A stretch of 56,174 bases of DNA from an uncultured virus (IMG/VR IMGVR_UViG_3300027906_000005). Taxonomy: Duplodnaviria > Heunggongvirae > Uroviricota > Caudoviricetes. The notes under the pieces are model-generated. The model saw only the letters and a list, made by a program, of their open reading frames with translations, had not been told where the DNA came from and made no database searches. Below, one piece after another: positions 18,139 through 27,300 of this stretch (the stretch's first letter is position 1; each line of letters starts with the position of its first letter). The stretch is taken from the IMG/VR virus record IMGVR_UViG_3300027906_000005; one strand, 5' to 3'. Both the position numbers and the translations under genes were made by a program.

Positions 18139-19509
18139 ATGTCTCAGTTAAATTCTGGTACCGCACAAGTTAATACTTTAACCTCTTCGGGTAGTACAGT
18201 TTCTATCCCGAAGAATGTTGCTGTTACTGGTAATATCGATTTCACTGGGACGTTGATGCAAAACGGTGTACCATTTGAAACGCTACCAACACAGTCACCT
18301 AAGACTGCTGGTGGTATATTAATATCTGATGGTAAGAATGCATTCTGGGGAAGTTCCATTGCTAAGGAAGGAGACACAGGTGGTAACAATAACTTTGGTT
18401 ATTATAACTCATACCCTACTACAACTACGGGTGCTGGTGGACAGAACCCAAAGATAGATTCAGGAAACTATCTTCCATACTCAGGAACTGGTAGTTGGTA
18501 TGATTTTAATGGAGCAGAGTATAATATAACAGTTGGTTCAAGTTTTAGATATAGAAGTATTTTCACACATGGTTTCTTGGTTGGTGGATATAGGGGATCA
18601 AACCCATGGAGATCAGTTAACCAGTGTTATAACGCAACAGACATTACAGTTTCTCGTGGAGACCAGTTAGACCGAGCAGCATCATATGTTGACGGAAACT
18701 TTGGAGACTTTAACGGATATGTTTATGGTACTGTAAACTCCTACGGTGGTAGTGGTAGTTCAGTATCCAGTGTTAACCTACACACAGGAACTAACAGAAC
18801 ATTCGGTCCTAATGGAACTCCTGGTCACAGTGACGCATACAACTCAACTCCAGACAGCATTGGTGCTTCAATGGATACTTGGGACGGTACAGACGATCCA
18901 GGGTGCGCCTCAGGACAGACTACACAGAGAGGGTACACCATGGGTGGTGGTCCTGGAAATGTTCAAAGAATGAATTTTATCACTGAGATGTGTACTCGTC
19001 TTGGTGGTGGTTTCAGTAGTGGTGGTGCTACTGGATCAGAAGGACAATATAGAGTTCACTGTTTCAGTGATACTAGTAATGCAAGATATGTAGAATTGAG
19101 TAATGAATCTGTTAACTCATACTCCTTGAGTGGATGGGGTGGTAACGGATGGAAGAAGAACCTTTCAACTAAGTGGGGTTTCTGCTATCACGGTGCTGGT
19201 AATAATGTTACTAGACCATGGCTTAAGTTCAATGACACTAATAATACTTCTATTGGTGGACAGTTTAACCAGGCAGATATTTCTTCTGGTGAAGAGAACA
19301 TGGCAATGGGTCAGGACTGGGGTTATTGCTTAGGCAACTATGCATCTGGTGCTGGTAACTATCAGAATAACAGAACATGGAAACGCTTCCATGCAAATGA
19401 TTCTGACATAGTATTAGGTTTCAAAGCTGAACCTAAGGGTCACCAAGGACAGTCCTCTGGATGTTGTCACACTGGTGCATTCGCAACAACAGGTATGAGG
19501 TACCAGTAA
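18139..19509 (+). CDS. Fibre-tip protein with putative Kelch-like beta-propeller
   Basis: Fibre-like N-terminus (VTGNIDFTG...LPTQ...LISDG..AFW) and repeated G(F/Y)xxGG-type blades (HGFLVGGY, NGYVYG, RGYTMGGG, WGYCLGNY). Confidence 0.55.
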   Translation: MSQLNSGTAQVNTLTSSGSTVSIPKNVAVTGNIDFTGTLMQNGVPFETLPTQSPKTAGGILISDGKNAFWGSSIAKEGDTGGNNNFGYYNSYPTTTTGAGGQNPKIDSGNYLPYSGTGSWYDFNGAEYNITVGSSFRYRSIFTHGFLVGGYRGSNPWRSVNQCYNATDITVSRGDQLDRAASYVDGNFGDFNGYVYGTVNSYGGSGSSVSSVNLHTGTNRTFGPNGTPGHSDAYNSTPDSIGASMDTWDGTDDPGCASGQTTQRGYTMGGGPGNVQRMNFITEMCTRLGGGFSSGGATGSEGQYRVHCFSDTSNARYVELSNESVNSYSLSGWGGNGWKKNLSTKWGFCYHGAGNNVTRPWLKFNDTNNTSIGGQFNQADISSGEENMAMGQDWGYCLGNYASGAGNYQNNRTWKRFHANDSDIVLGFKAEPKGHQGQSSGCCHTGAFATTGMRYQ

Positions 19510-19664
19510 TGCCAGAAGGTAACACAGGAAGTTCCGCAAAGATGATATTCAATACGGATCTTGCTTCTAAAATTCAACAGGATCAGGATAGAGCTAGTAT
19601 TGAACAATTAAGGTCAGAGCTAGAAGCCTTAAAAACAAGAGTACAGACTTTAGAAGATGCCTGA
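19509..19664 (+). CDS. Small coiled-coil protein (51 aa, MPEGNTG...)
   Basis: ATG overlaps the upstream stop (TAATG); heptad pattern IEQLRSELEALKTRVQTLE. Confidence 0.55.
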   Translation: MPEGNTGSSAKMIFNTDLASKIQQDQDRASIEQLRSELEALKTRVQTLEDA

Positions 19665-20592
19665 TAACAAACTCTTTATTGAAGATAAGCAATTTGAGGT
19701 AGAGTGGAAGAAAAGAATTCCTTCACACCTCATAGAGGATGAGGATTTCTTACGTCCAAAATATGAACCACAGCATCCATTAGAACTGGAAGTTAAGAAG
19801 TTCATTAAGGATAAGGAACTCATCAAAGAAGGTTTCATCTACATGATGATTCATGAGGATGCTCTGAGAGCCGCAGATATCAAACCTCATGAGACAACGT
19901 ACTTCACGTTGTTTAATTTTTATAATGTCTCGACTATCAAGATGAATAAACTTGTGTTTGAGACTGTCAAGTCTACATTCAGAAGGTTTGTTGAACTTGA
20001 CGAAAAAGAATACACGACTGGAGTTAAGTTCCAGGGTGAGATCAGATCACACTTCAAGGACTATGAAGCTGTGATGCAAGAAGATGGTTCAATGGATTAT
20101 GAGAAGATTAAAAAGAAAACTTCTCCCGAATACATTGATCTAGCAGTTTCTTTTATGAAGAAACAAGCAATCTTAGTCATCGAGCATGAGTTCGATCTTA
20201 GATTTAAAAACTTTAAAAATTGTTGTGACGTAGAATCTGAGAGTTGGGGATATCAACTTGAAGAAGCTAGAAAGTACACAGAGAATGAAGACGCGAAGAC
20301 TCCATTCCTAGATATACTATGCATGACAAGAGGTATGCAGAAGTCCGAACTTGTAAAAAGAGTTCTCCGACACCATGATAAATACCTTATAGATTATGCC
20401 TCATTACTTGGCAAGTATCATGCGATACGCTCTCAGTTTAAGAACTGTGATAACATGTGGGATATGAATATCCTATATGAGGACTACCTAAACGTAGGTA
20501 TGCCTATCAAGCAGGGACAAAAACTTGGACGTGTCGATGAAAACGAGCAGCGACTTGATGGAGATTTAGCTTATGGCACTTTCGGATTCTGA
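19657..20592 (+). CDS. Hypothetical protein with tail fibre assembly-like C-terminal domain
   Basis: 'ESWGYQLEEAR...TPFLDIL..TRG..KSELVKRVL' resembles helical domains encoded next to phage fibre genes. Confidence 0.45.
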   Translation: MPDNKLFIEDKQFEVEWKKRIPSHLIEDEDFLRPKYEPQHPLELEVKKFIKDKELIKEGFIYMMIHEDALRAADIKPHETTYFTLFNFYNVSTIKMNKLVFETVKSTFRRFVELDEKEYTTGVKFQGEIRSHFKDYEAVMQEDGSMDYEKIKKKTSPEYIDLAVSFMKKQAILVIEHEFDLRFKNFKNCCDVESESWGYQLEEARKYTENEDAKTPFLDILCMTRGMQKSELVKRVLRHHDKYLIDYASLLGKYHAIRSQFKNCDNMWDMNILYEDYLNVGMPIKQGQKLGRVDENEQRLDGDLAYGTFGF

Positions 20593-21379
20593 CAAACTCT
20601 GTAGCGAGTTAGCACTTAAAGATTCGGATAGAAACTGGGTTGATGCCGCCTACCGATTAGAAGGTGGTCAATCAAAATACCAGAACACAAATTTTGTAGT
20701 AGGTTCACAGATAACACCATATAAGAAAGTGCAGCAAGCACTTCTCGAACTTCAGACGAGGGATAATACTCGTGTGGAAGTAGAGTATAGTCTCAAGAAG
20801 AATGAGATTAATAGAAGGATGTTATTGAGAGATCTAGAAGCAGAAGAAGATGAGATCTCAAAAGAGTTAATACAACTTGAAATAGATAAGTCTGATTATG
20901 ATAGGTCTCTCTTTGCAGAGAAACTTAAGCATGTCCAACGAGAGATGTCTGTTTTCATTGCAGAGTTAGAAGAGACTGTTGACCCAGAAAAGGGTATTGA
21001 ATACTACCTTGACACTAATGAAGAAGAGGATAGGAAGTATTGGCAGAGCAGGATGGCAAAACAAGCTGCCTGTGATATAATATCATTTGGTCGTCTTGGT
21101 GCTGGTAATATGGATTCTATTATGAATCTACCAGAGCAAGATCAAGTCAACATATTATCTGGTGCTGTACACCATGCTGCTCTAATTGGAGCAGGTGTTC
21201 AACATATGACAAAGCAGATGGAGGGACAAGTTCAAGGTCTTCTCCAAGGCGAGAAATTCTCACCACCCCAAATTAATGGTTCAGAAATTACTGATCGTTT
21301 AGTGCCAGAAGCACCCACATTACCTGAAGTGAAACATGACATCCCAAAAGAGAAAATCCGTCTTCAGTCTTCCAATTAA
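20573..21379 (+). CDS. Coiled-coil hypothetical protein
   Basis: Long Glu/Lys/Leu-rich helical region; overlaps its neighbours, suggesting translational coupling. Confidence 0.6.
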   Translation: MALSDSDKLCSELALKDSDRNWVDAAYRLEGGQSKYQNTNFVVGSQITPYKKVQQALLELQTRDNTRVEVEYSLKKNEINRRMLLRDLEAEEDEISKELIQLEIDKSDYDRSLFAEKLKHVQREMSVFIAELEETVDPEKGIEYYLDTNEEEDRKYWQSRMAKQAACDIISFGRLGAGNMDSIMNLPEQDQVNILSGAVHHAALIGAGVQHMTKQMEGQVQGLLQGEKFSPPQINGSEITDRLVPEAPTLPEVKHDIPKEKIRLQSSN

Positions 21380-23096
21380 TCCCAAGATTGATTCCAAGTA
21401 TGCAGAGACAGTTTTTGTTCCTTGGTTGAAGCAATATAAAGATTATATTTACGACTTATATTTTACATGTAGAATGCCACCCTTTGAACAGGATTCAATG
21501 GGTGATGTGTTCCAAGGTGATGTACGACAGTTATTCTACAATGCTCAGGCAATAGCAGAAGACAGTGGGTTACCATTGTCTGCTACTTTTAATAACATAT
21601 ACATCAGACCAGATATGGAACATCTGGATCTGTTCGTAAAGAATTTTGCTCAGCTATATGAACAGGGTATAAAGATAGCAACTATACCACATACGAGTTG
21701 GGTTACTACTGGTATTCTACAGAAGGAGTTTCCAGAATTAAAAATTAAGAATACAATCCTTAGGAATGTCTCTAAGGCAAATGAGGTTGTAGCACTTGCT
21801 GAGGCAGGATTCCATTACATCAATCTTGATAGGGATGTAATGAGAGACCGTGAAGCATTGAAGAAGATTAAGAAAGCAAAAGAATTCTGTGCTTCTATTG
21901 GTAAACCTGTAGAGTTATCTCTATTAGCCAATGAAGGATGTTGGGGTGGTTGTCCTTTGATGGATGAGCATTACCACTTTAATAATACAAGGACTGCAAA
22001 TAACCCTCAGTACTTTAATGATCCTATCAGCACACACTCATGTTCTCGATGGGATATTGATGATAACTCTCATGCATTAAAGGTAGCTAATTTGCCACCT
22101 TGGAGAGAGGATTGGGAAGAGATGTTGGATCTTGGTATCGATGTCTTTAAGATGCATGGTAGAGAGAATGCCATGAAGTTGAATGAATCTATGCAGATCA
22201 TTGAAGCATGGGCAGCAGATAAGCATCCAATTATAACTGCTGAGTTTGCTGAGTATATGGAAGATCTTCATATACCAGATAGTCCTATTGCTCTTTGGAG
22301 AGAGAAGATTAAGACTTGTGGATTTGATTGTTGGGATTGTAACTACTGTGAGAATGTAGTAAATGCACATCTTAAGAAGCAGGATAGACCAGTTGATGTT
22401 GATCCAATTGTACAGAGGGTATTGAAAGCCATTGATGATGGTAATACTAAGACCTCTAATTTTAATTCAGATGGATATTCTATCCAGGGTCTTTCCTCAG
22501 ATAGGATAAGACACTTCCTTAATAGTCTATGTTCTTATGAGGATTCAGTATATCTTGAATGTGGAACCTTTACAGGCAGTACATTCTTTGCTGCAACTAT
22601 GGGTAATAAGACAAAGTGTATTGGTGTTGATGACTTCTCAGAACCTAATTGCAAACCTATGATTGAGCGTGGACAGTTCACAGAGTGTGGTAATCCTTAT
22701 GATACTCTTGTCACTAACTGGCAGAAGTATGAGAATGGAAATGCAGCATTCATTAAGTCTCCTGTTCAGGAATTGACTGAGGAAGACTTTGGTGGTTCTA
22801 AACCCAATATCTTGTTTTATGATGCAACTCATGATATGATGGAACAGATGAATAACCTAAATCATTTACTTCCTTTCATGGATGATAAGTTTGTAGTTGT
22901 AGTTGACGATGCTAATTTTGATGGTGTTGTTGATGGTACAGTATCATGGATGCAAGAGAACAACTTGGATTGTTATTTCGAGAGAAGGATTTTAAGTAGT
23001 GTTATTGAAAGTCCAACACATTGGTGGAATGGTATTCACGTTTTAGTTGTGCAGAAAAATCAAGACATCAAACAATACTTTAGTGCTAACAAATGA
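21336..23096 (+). CDS. Peptidase U32-like (Fe-S) domain fused to class I SAM-dependent methyltransferase
   Basis: N-terminal 'LLANEGCWGGCP', 'FKMHGRE' and 'CGFDCWDCNYC'; C-terminal 'YLECGTFTGST', 'GVDDF', 'ILFYDATH' and 'VVVVDD' (Methyltransf_24-like). Confidence 0.7.
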   Translation: MTSQKRKSVFSLPINPKIDSKYAETVFVPWLKQYKDYIYDLYFTCRMPPFEQDSMGDVFQGDVRQLFYNAQAIAEDSGLPLSATFNNIYIRPDMEHLDLFVKNFAQLYEQGIKIATIPHTSWVTTGILQKEFPELKIKNTILRNVSKANEVVALAEAGFHYINLDRDVMRDREALKKIKKAKEFCASIGKPVELSLLANEGCWGGCPLMDEHYHFNNTRTANNPQYFNDPISTHSCSRWDIDDNSHALKVANLPPWREDWEEMLDLGIDVFKMHGRENAMKLNESMQIIEAWAADKHPIITAEFAEYMEDLHIPDSPIALWREKIKTCGFDCWDCNYCENVVNAHLKKQDRPVDVDPIVQRVLKAIDDGNTKTSNFNSDGYSIQGLSSDRIRHFLNSLCSYEDSVYLECGTFTGSTFFAATMGNKTKCIGVDDFSEPNCKPMIERGQFTECGNPYDTLVTNWQKYENGNAAFIKSPVQELTEEDFGGSKPNILFYDATHDMMEQMNNLNHLLPFMDDKFVVVVDDANFDGVVDGTVSWMQENNLDCYFERRILSSVIESPTHWWNGIHVLVVQKNQDIKQYFSANK

Positions 23097-23803
23097 AAAT
23101 AGTAAACCCTGAGATTCTACAGACACACCACCCAAAGGACTGGGAAGTAGAACAACTTCATATTGGTAACTCTAAGAATAGAATCATTAAGATTAAGAAC
23201 TGGTTTAAAAATCCAGAGCAAGTACGTGCCTTAGCTTTATCAGGTGAATATGTATGTACGGTTAATGGGGAGTTTTCAAATCTACCTGGAAATGTTAGTA
23301 GAATAGGTCATCTATCAAATCAGTTGTATCCTAATTTTAAATTCTTATTATCAAATTATTTTGAAGCAAGTAAGAACATATTACTCCAACCAGAGTTTTC
23401 GCATTTTACCTTTCAGAGTTATGAAGTACAAGAGAAGTGTAGGATGTGTAGTCTTACACCACACACAGATGATGTTCACTATGCTTCTGTGTTGGCTTTG
23501 AACTTTGATGAGGAGATGGCAGATACTGATAGTGGTACAGCATTCTGGAGGACTAAAGATTTTGGAGAAGAGTTTATATCTTCTGATAAAAATTATAGAC
23601 AGAGTAGGGTAATTAGTAATGTAAATGCATATGTTAACTTCGACCCATCTCAGTACAGATCAAAGGACTGGGAAAGGTATCATGTAGAGAAGCATGAGTT
23701 CAATACCCTTATGGTTTATGAGGGTAAGATGTGGCATTCGCCATATTTTAAGCAAGCAGGTTGGGGTACAAACCGTCTGACCTTCAATGCATTTCTCCAA
23801 TAA
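23093..23803 (+). CDS. 2OG-Fe(II) oxygenase (DUF6445-like)
   Basis: HxD (HTD), GTAFWR, 'FNTLMVY..KMWHS' distal His and 'RLT' 2OG-binding motif. Confidence 0.75.
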   Translation: MKIVNPEILQTHHPKDWEVEQLHIGNSKNRIIKIKNWFKNPEQVRALALSGEYVCTVNGEFSNLPGNVSRIGHLSNQLYPNFKFLLSNYFEASKNILLQPEFSHFTFQSYEVQEKCRMCSLTPHTDDVHYASVLALNFDEEMADTDSGTAFWRTKDFGEEFISSDKNYRQSRVISNVNAYVNFDPSQYRSKDWERYHVEKHEFNTLMVYEGKMWHSPYFKQAGWGTNRLTFNAFLQ

Positions 23804-23806
23804 ATA
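23799..23806 (+). promoter_or_regulatory. Late promoter variant AATAAATA
   Basis: Overlaps a stop codon, 21 nt before the ATG at 23828. Confidence 0.55.
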
Positions 23807-23827
23807 GTACACTTATCATTTTAAAAC

Positions 23828-24022
23828 ATGGACGCTGAAACAATGGTGAAAGACTTCACCGATCAACTGAAAGAACAGAAAGCAACAATCGTTGAAATGG
23901 AAAAGCAACTTGCAACTCGTAAGGATCAAGTCCTACGTTTGGAAGGAGCAGTAGAAGCATTAAATATGACACTCAAAGAACCTGAGGATTTAAGCGATGG
24001 TACTGAAGGCAAGTCAAGCTAG
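23828..24022 (+). CDS. Small coiled-coil protein (64 aa)
   Basis: Heptad repeat ending 'LRLEGAVEAL'; late promoter upstream. Confidence 0.6.
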   Translation: MDAETMVKDFTDQLKEQKATIVEMEKQLATRKDQVLRLEGAVEALNMTLKEPEDLSDGTEGKSS

Positions 24023-24335
24023 ACAACAGGAGCACGTACACTCCACTCAAATTGCCACTCCTTATCTGGGCACGCCAGAAACATGCCCTTATAAGGTAGG
24101 CGATTTTTATGAGGGAAGAGCAATAATTTCTATAGGATTCACTGAGAATGTCTACGGTAAAGCCTATCACCTTGTAATAGAAAGAGATAAGACACATCTA
24201 AGAACTAAATTTGTATTTGATCACAATCACGATCTCAAATTCAGTAAGCCAGTAGAGAAGATGTCTGCAGGTCAACCAAAAGAGTCTGATATAAAGAAGT
24301 ACCTACAACAAGCGGATCTTAACACTACTAAATAG
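23997..24335 (+). CDS. Hypothetical protein (112 aa)
   Basis: Fills the gap on the coding strand. Confidence 0.55.
   Translation: MVLKASQARQQEHVHSTQIATPYLGTPETCPYKVGDFYEGRAIISIGFTENVYGKAYHLVIERDKTHLRTKFVFDHNHDLKFSKPVEKMSAGQPKESDIKKYLQQADLNTTK
24328..24334 (+). promoter_or_regulatory. Late promoter variant CTAAATA
   Basis: Overlaps a stop codon, about 25 nt before the ATG at 24360. Confidence 0.5.
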
Positions 24336-24359
24336 ATCTGAAGGATAACTGTCATCAGA

Positions 24360-27300
24360 ATGAAGCGTGTAGTCGTCAGAGTAGCTGATAATTATAGTTT
24401 GGATTCGGCTGTCGCAGGAATCTTAGAAATCTATAGTTTCCTAACCTTTAAAGCTTCTTATAGAAGTTTCTCAATTATATCTTTTGATTGTCCAGAGAAG
24501 AACGAAGATGGGCTGATCGAAAAGTTAAGAGCATTGTCTGTTGTCAAGAAGGCAACATGGGACAGTGCAAAATTTGCATGTGATCCAATACCAGATAGTT
24601 CAATATTATCAATATCTACTAGTGGGACTACATCTTTAAACACAACAGGAGAAACAAACGTTTCTGCTAATACTAGAAATTTAACTGGTAGTGGTACTGG
24701 TACCATCTATGTAAAGGTACAGAATATATCAGGACAGAATTATTATACATTTGCATCTAGTCTAGGTGGTACATATTCAAGATTTTCAAATCAAACTGGA
24801 TTCTTACAAGGAGCAACATATACATTTGATCAGTCAGATGCTTCAAACTCTGGTCACCCATTAAGGTTTTCTATAACTCCTGATGGAGCTCATACTACAG
24901 GCGGGGTAATATATTCAGGTGGAGTTACTGTAAGTGGTACACCTGGTAATGCAGGTGCATCTACAGAGATAGTTATTGGTACTTCCACACCTTCTATCCT
25001 CTATTACTATTGTACTGCTCATTCTGGAATGGGTAGATTTAGAATCTCTCCAGATGGTTTTGGTACAGTTAACGTACATGACTACTGGCACTTAGATAGA
25101 ATAACAAAGCAAGATAGGCAATATTTAAACAGAACCTTCAGTTATAATCAATCAGGTGATGGTGTTGACATCTATGTAATTGATACAGGTGTTCGTGGAG
25201 CAAGTAGACCAACTGGTAACAACGCTGCGTTACACCCAGAATTATATGACCCTGACTTTGTATCTGATTTCAACGGTGTATCTGAACAACAGAACTACAG
25301 GGTATATGAGGTAGGTGGATATACATCACCCTATTCTACTAATGAAGATGACAATGGACATGGTACTTACTGTGCCATAACATCTGCTGGTAGGACTGCA
25401 GGTGTTGCTAGGAATGCAAAGATCTATGCATTGAAAGCATTCAACTCTACTCTGTCAGGAACATACACTGACATATTAGGTGCATACCAGGCAGTCATTG
25501 ATCATAATGATTCTGGTCATGCCAATTATAAAGGTAATAATAGACCTGCTATTATTAACGCATCCTTTGGTCCTACTATACCAACTCAGACATATCCATA
25601 TGTTGAATTGAATGATGCTGGTGATGATAGTGGTACTGATGAGGAGATCCTAGATGATATCGAGGGTACGATCTCAACAACTAATAAAGTTATAGTTGTA
25701 AGATCTGCTGGTAATGGTTTCAAAAATTCAAGTGATCAGTTTGCTGGACCAATTCAAACCAAATGTATTGCTGGTTCAAGGACTGCTGGATATGCTGACA
25801 ACGCAACTGGTGGTATCAATACAGTTGATGTTGATCAGAATAAGATTTGTGTTGGTGCTACAGAATATAATGATAGGTGGGCAGACTTCTCTAACTATGG
25901 TGCTGGTGTAACTACAGTTGCTCCAGGTGCTAAAATTCTTACCCCTGCATATGATTGGACTGCTAACACTCCATATACTTCATCAGGTAACTACACTACA
26001 ATTAATGGTACATCATTCTCAGCACCTATAGTAACGGGAGTGATTGCTACATGGGCTAGTAAGAATGGATATAGTCTGACTACGAATAACATAGCAGGAC
26101 TTGCTAAGGCATTCATAAGAGATAATGGTGCTGCTGGAGACATAACAAAGTCTGGTAATACAAATTATCCTATCAATAGTATAGAAGATAAGAAGCTAAT
26201 TGATAATCCATTTGAGACTACTAATGGTTCTGACTATCTTATAGTTAAATTCAATCCTGCTGATTCAGCACACTTCTTAGGTAATGTTGGTAAGAAATGT
26301 CAGTTAAGAACTACTGGATCAACTGGTGCTATGACAGTTGGTGGTATTGATGTTGCTGCATTATCACAAAGTGGATGGTTAACTATTCAGGCAGAGAGTG
26401 CAGTTAATAATTCAATCACTGTTCAAAACGGTAGTAATGCTACTGCTGGTACAACTGGTGGTGGATCTAATAACTATCTTGCACTTATAGATCCTGAAGG
26501 TAGGACTCATGAGAGTGGAGATGGTGTTGTAAGTACATCAACAACTCTTAGATCTCAGACAGATACACAGGAAGCTGCTGGTACAGGAACATATACTAAT
26601 GTAATTTACTATCCATTGGATAGTGGTGTTGACTTTAACTACGCTGATACAACAGCGATACTTACAGGTAAGCGTGGTGTATTCTTCCCATACATTGATA
26701 CCAATGTAACTTGGGCAACTGGAGCAGGTAGTATTGGTGGACCATTTGCCAATGGTGCTTCTGTAAGTATTGACCTAGGTTTAGCAGGAACTACATTCGC
26801 GAACGAACCAACCTTAGAAGCATATACTCTCAGTGGAGATAGTATTGCTGCTTCTGGTCTTGGGTTAGATTCTGCAACAGGTCTTTTAAGTGGTACGGTA
26901 ACATCCAATTATTTGGATACCACATTTAATTTTACAGTAACAGAAAATACTACTCAGAACGCAAGGTCTTATAGTTTCATTACTACAGGTACTGGTGTTC
27001 TTGTTACTATCACTCAACAACCATCTGCTGCTTCGGTTGAAGCAGGTTCTGGTAACACTGCCACCTTTGGTCCTGTTTCAGGTATTAGTTCTGATGGATC
27101 TACTATCACATACCAGTGGGAGTATTCTACTAATGGTGGAGCAGGATGGTCTGCTCTTTCTAATGGTGGTGGTTATAGTAATGTCACTACAAATACTTTA
27201 ACTGTTGATGATGATTTCGTAAAGAATACATATCAGTTCCGTTGTAAGTTAGACACTGCCACAGCGGTACAACCCTCATATACTGATGCAGTTATATTAA

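Noticed and set aside
19461..19508. Longer start for the small coiled-coil ORF
   Set aside because: It overlaps the upstream gene; the TAATG-coupled ATG at 19509 is more plausible. Starts at 32610, 33743, 33891, 44348, 47660 and 52860 were shortened for similar reasons.
21336..22400. U32 domain as a collagenase/protease
   Set aside because: The family name is historical; characterised members act in Fe-S-dependent hydroxylation, and the Cys motifs here fit that.
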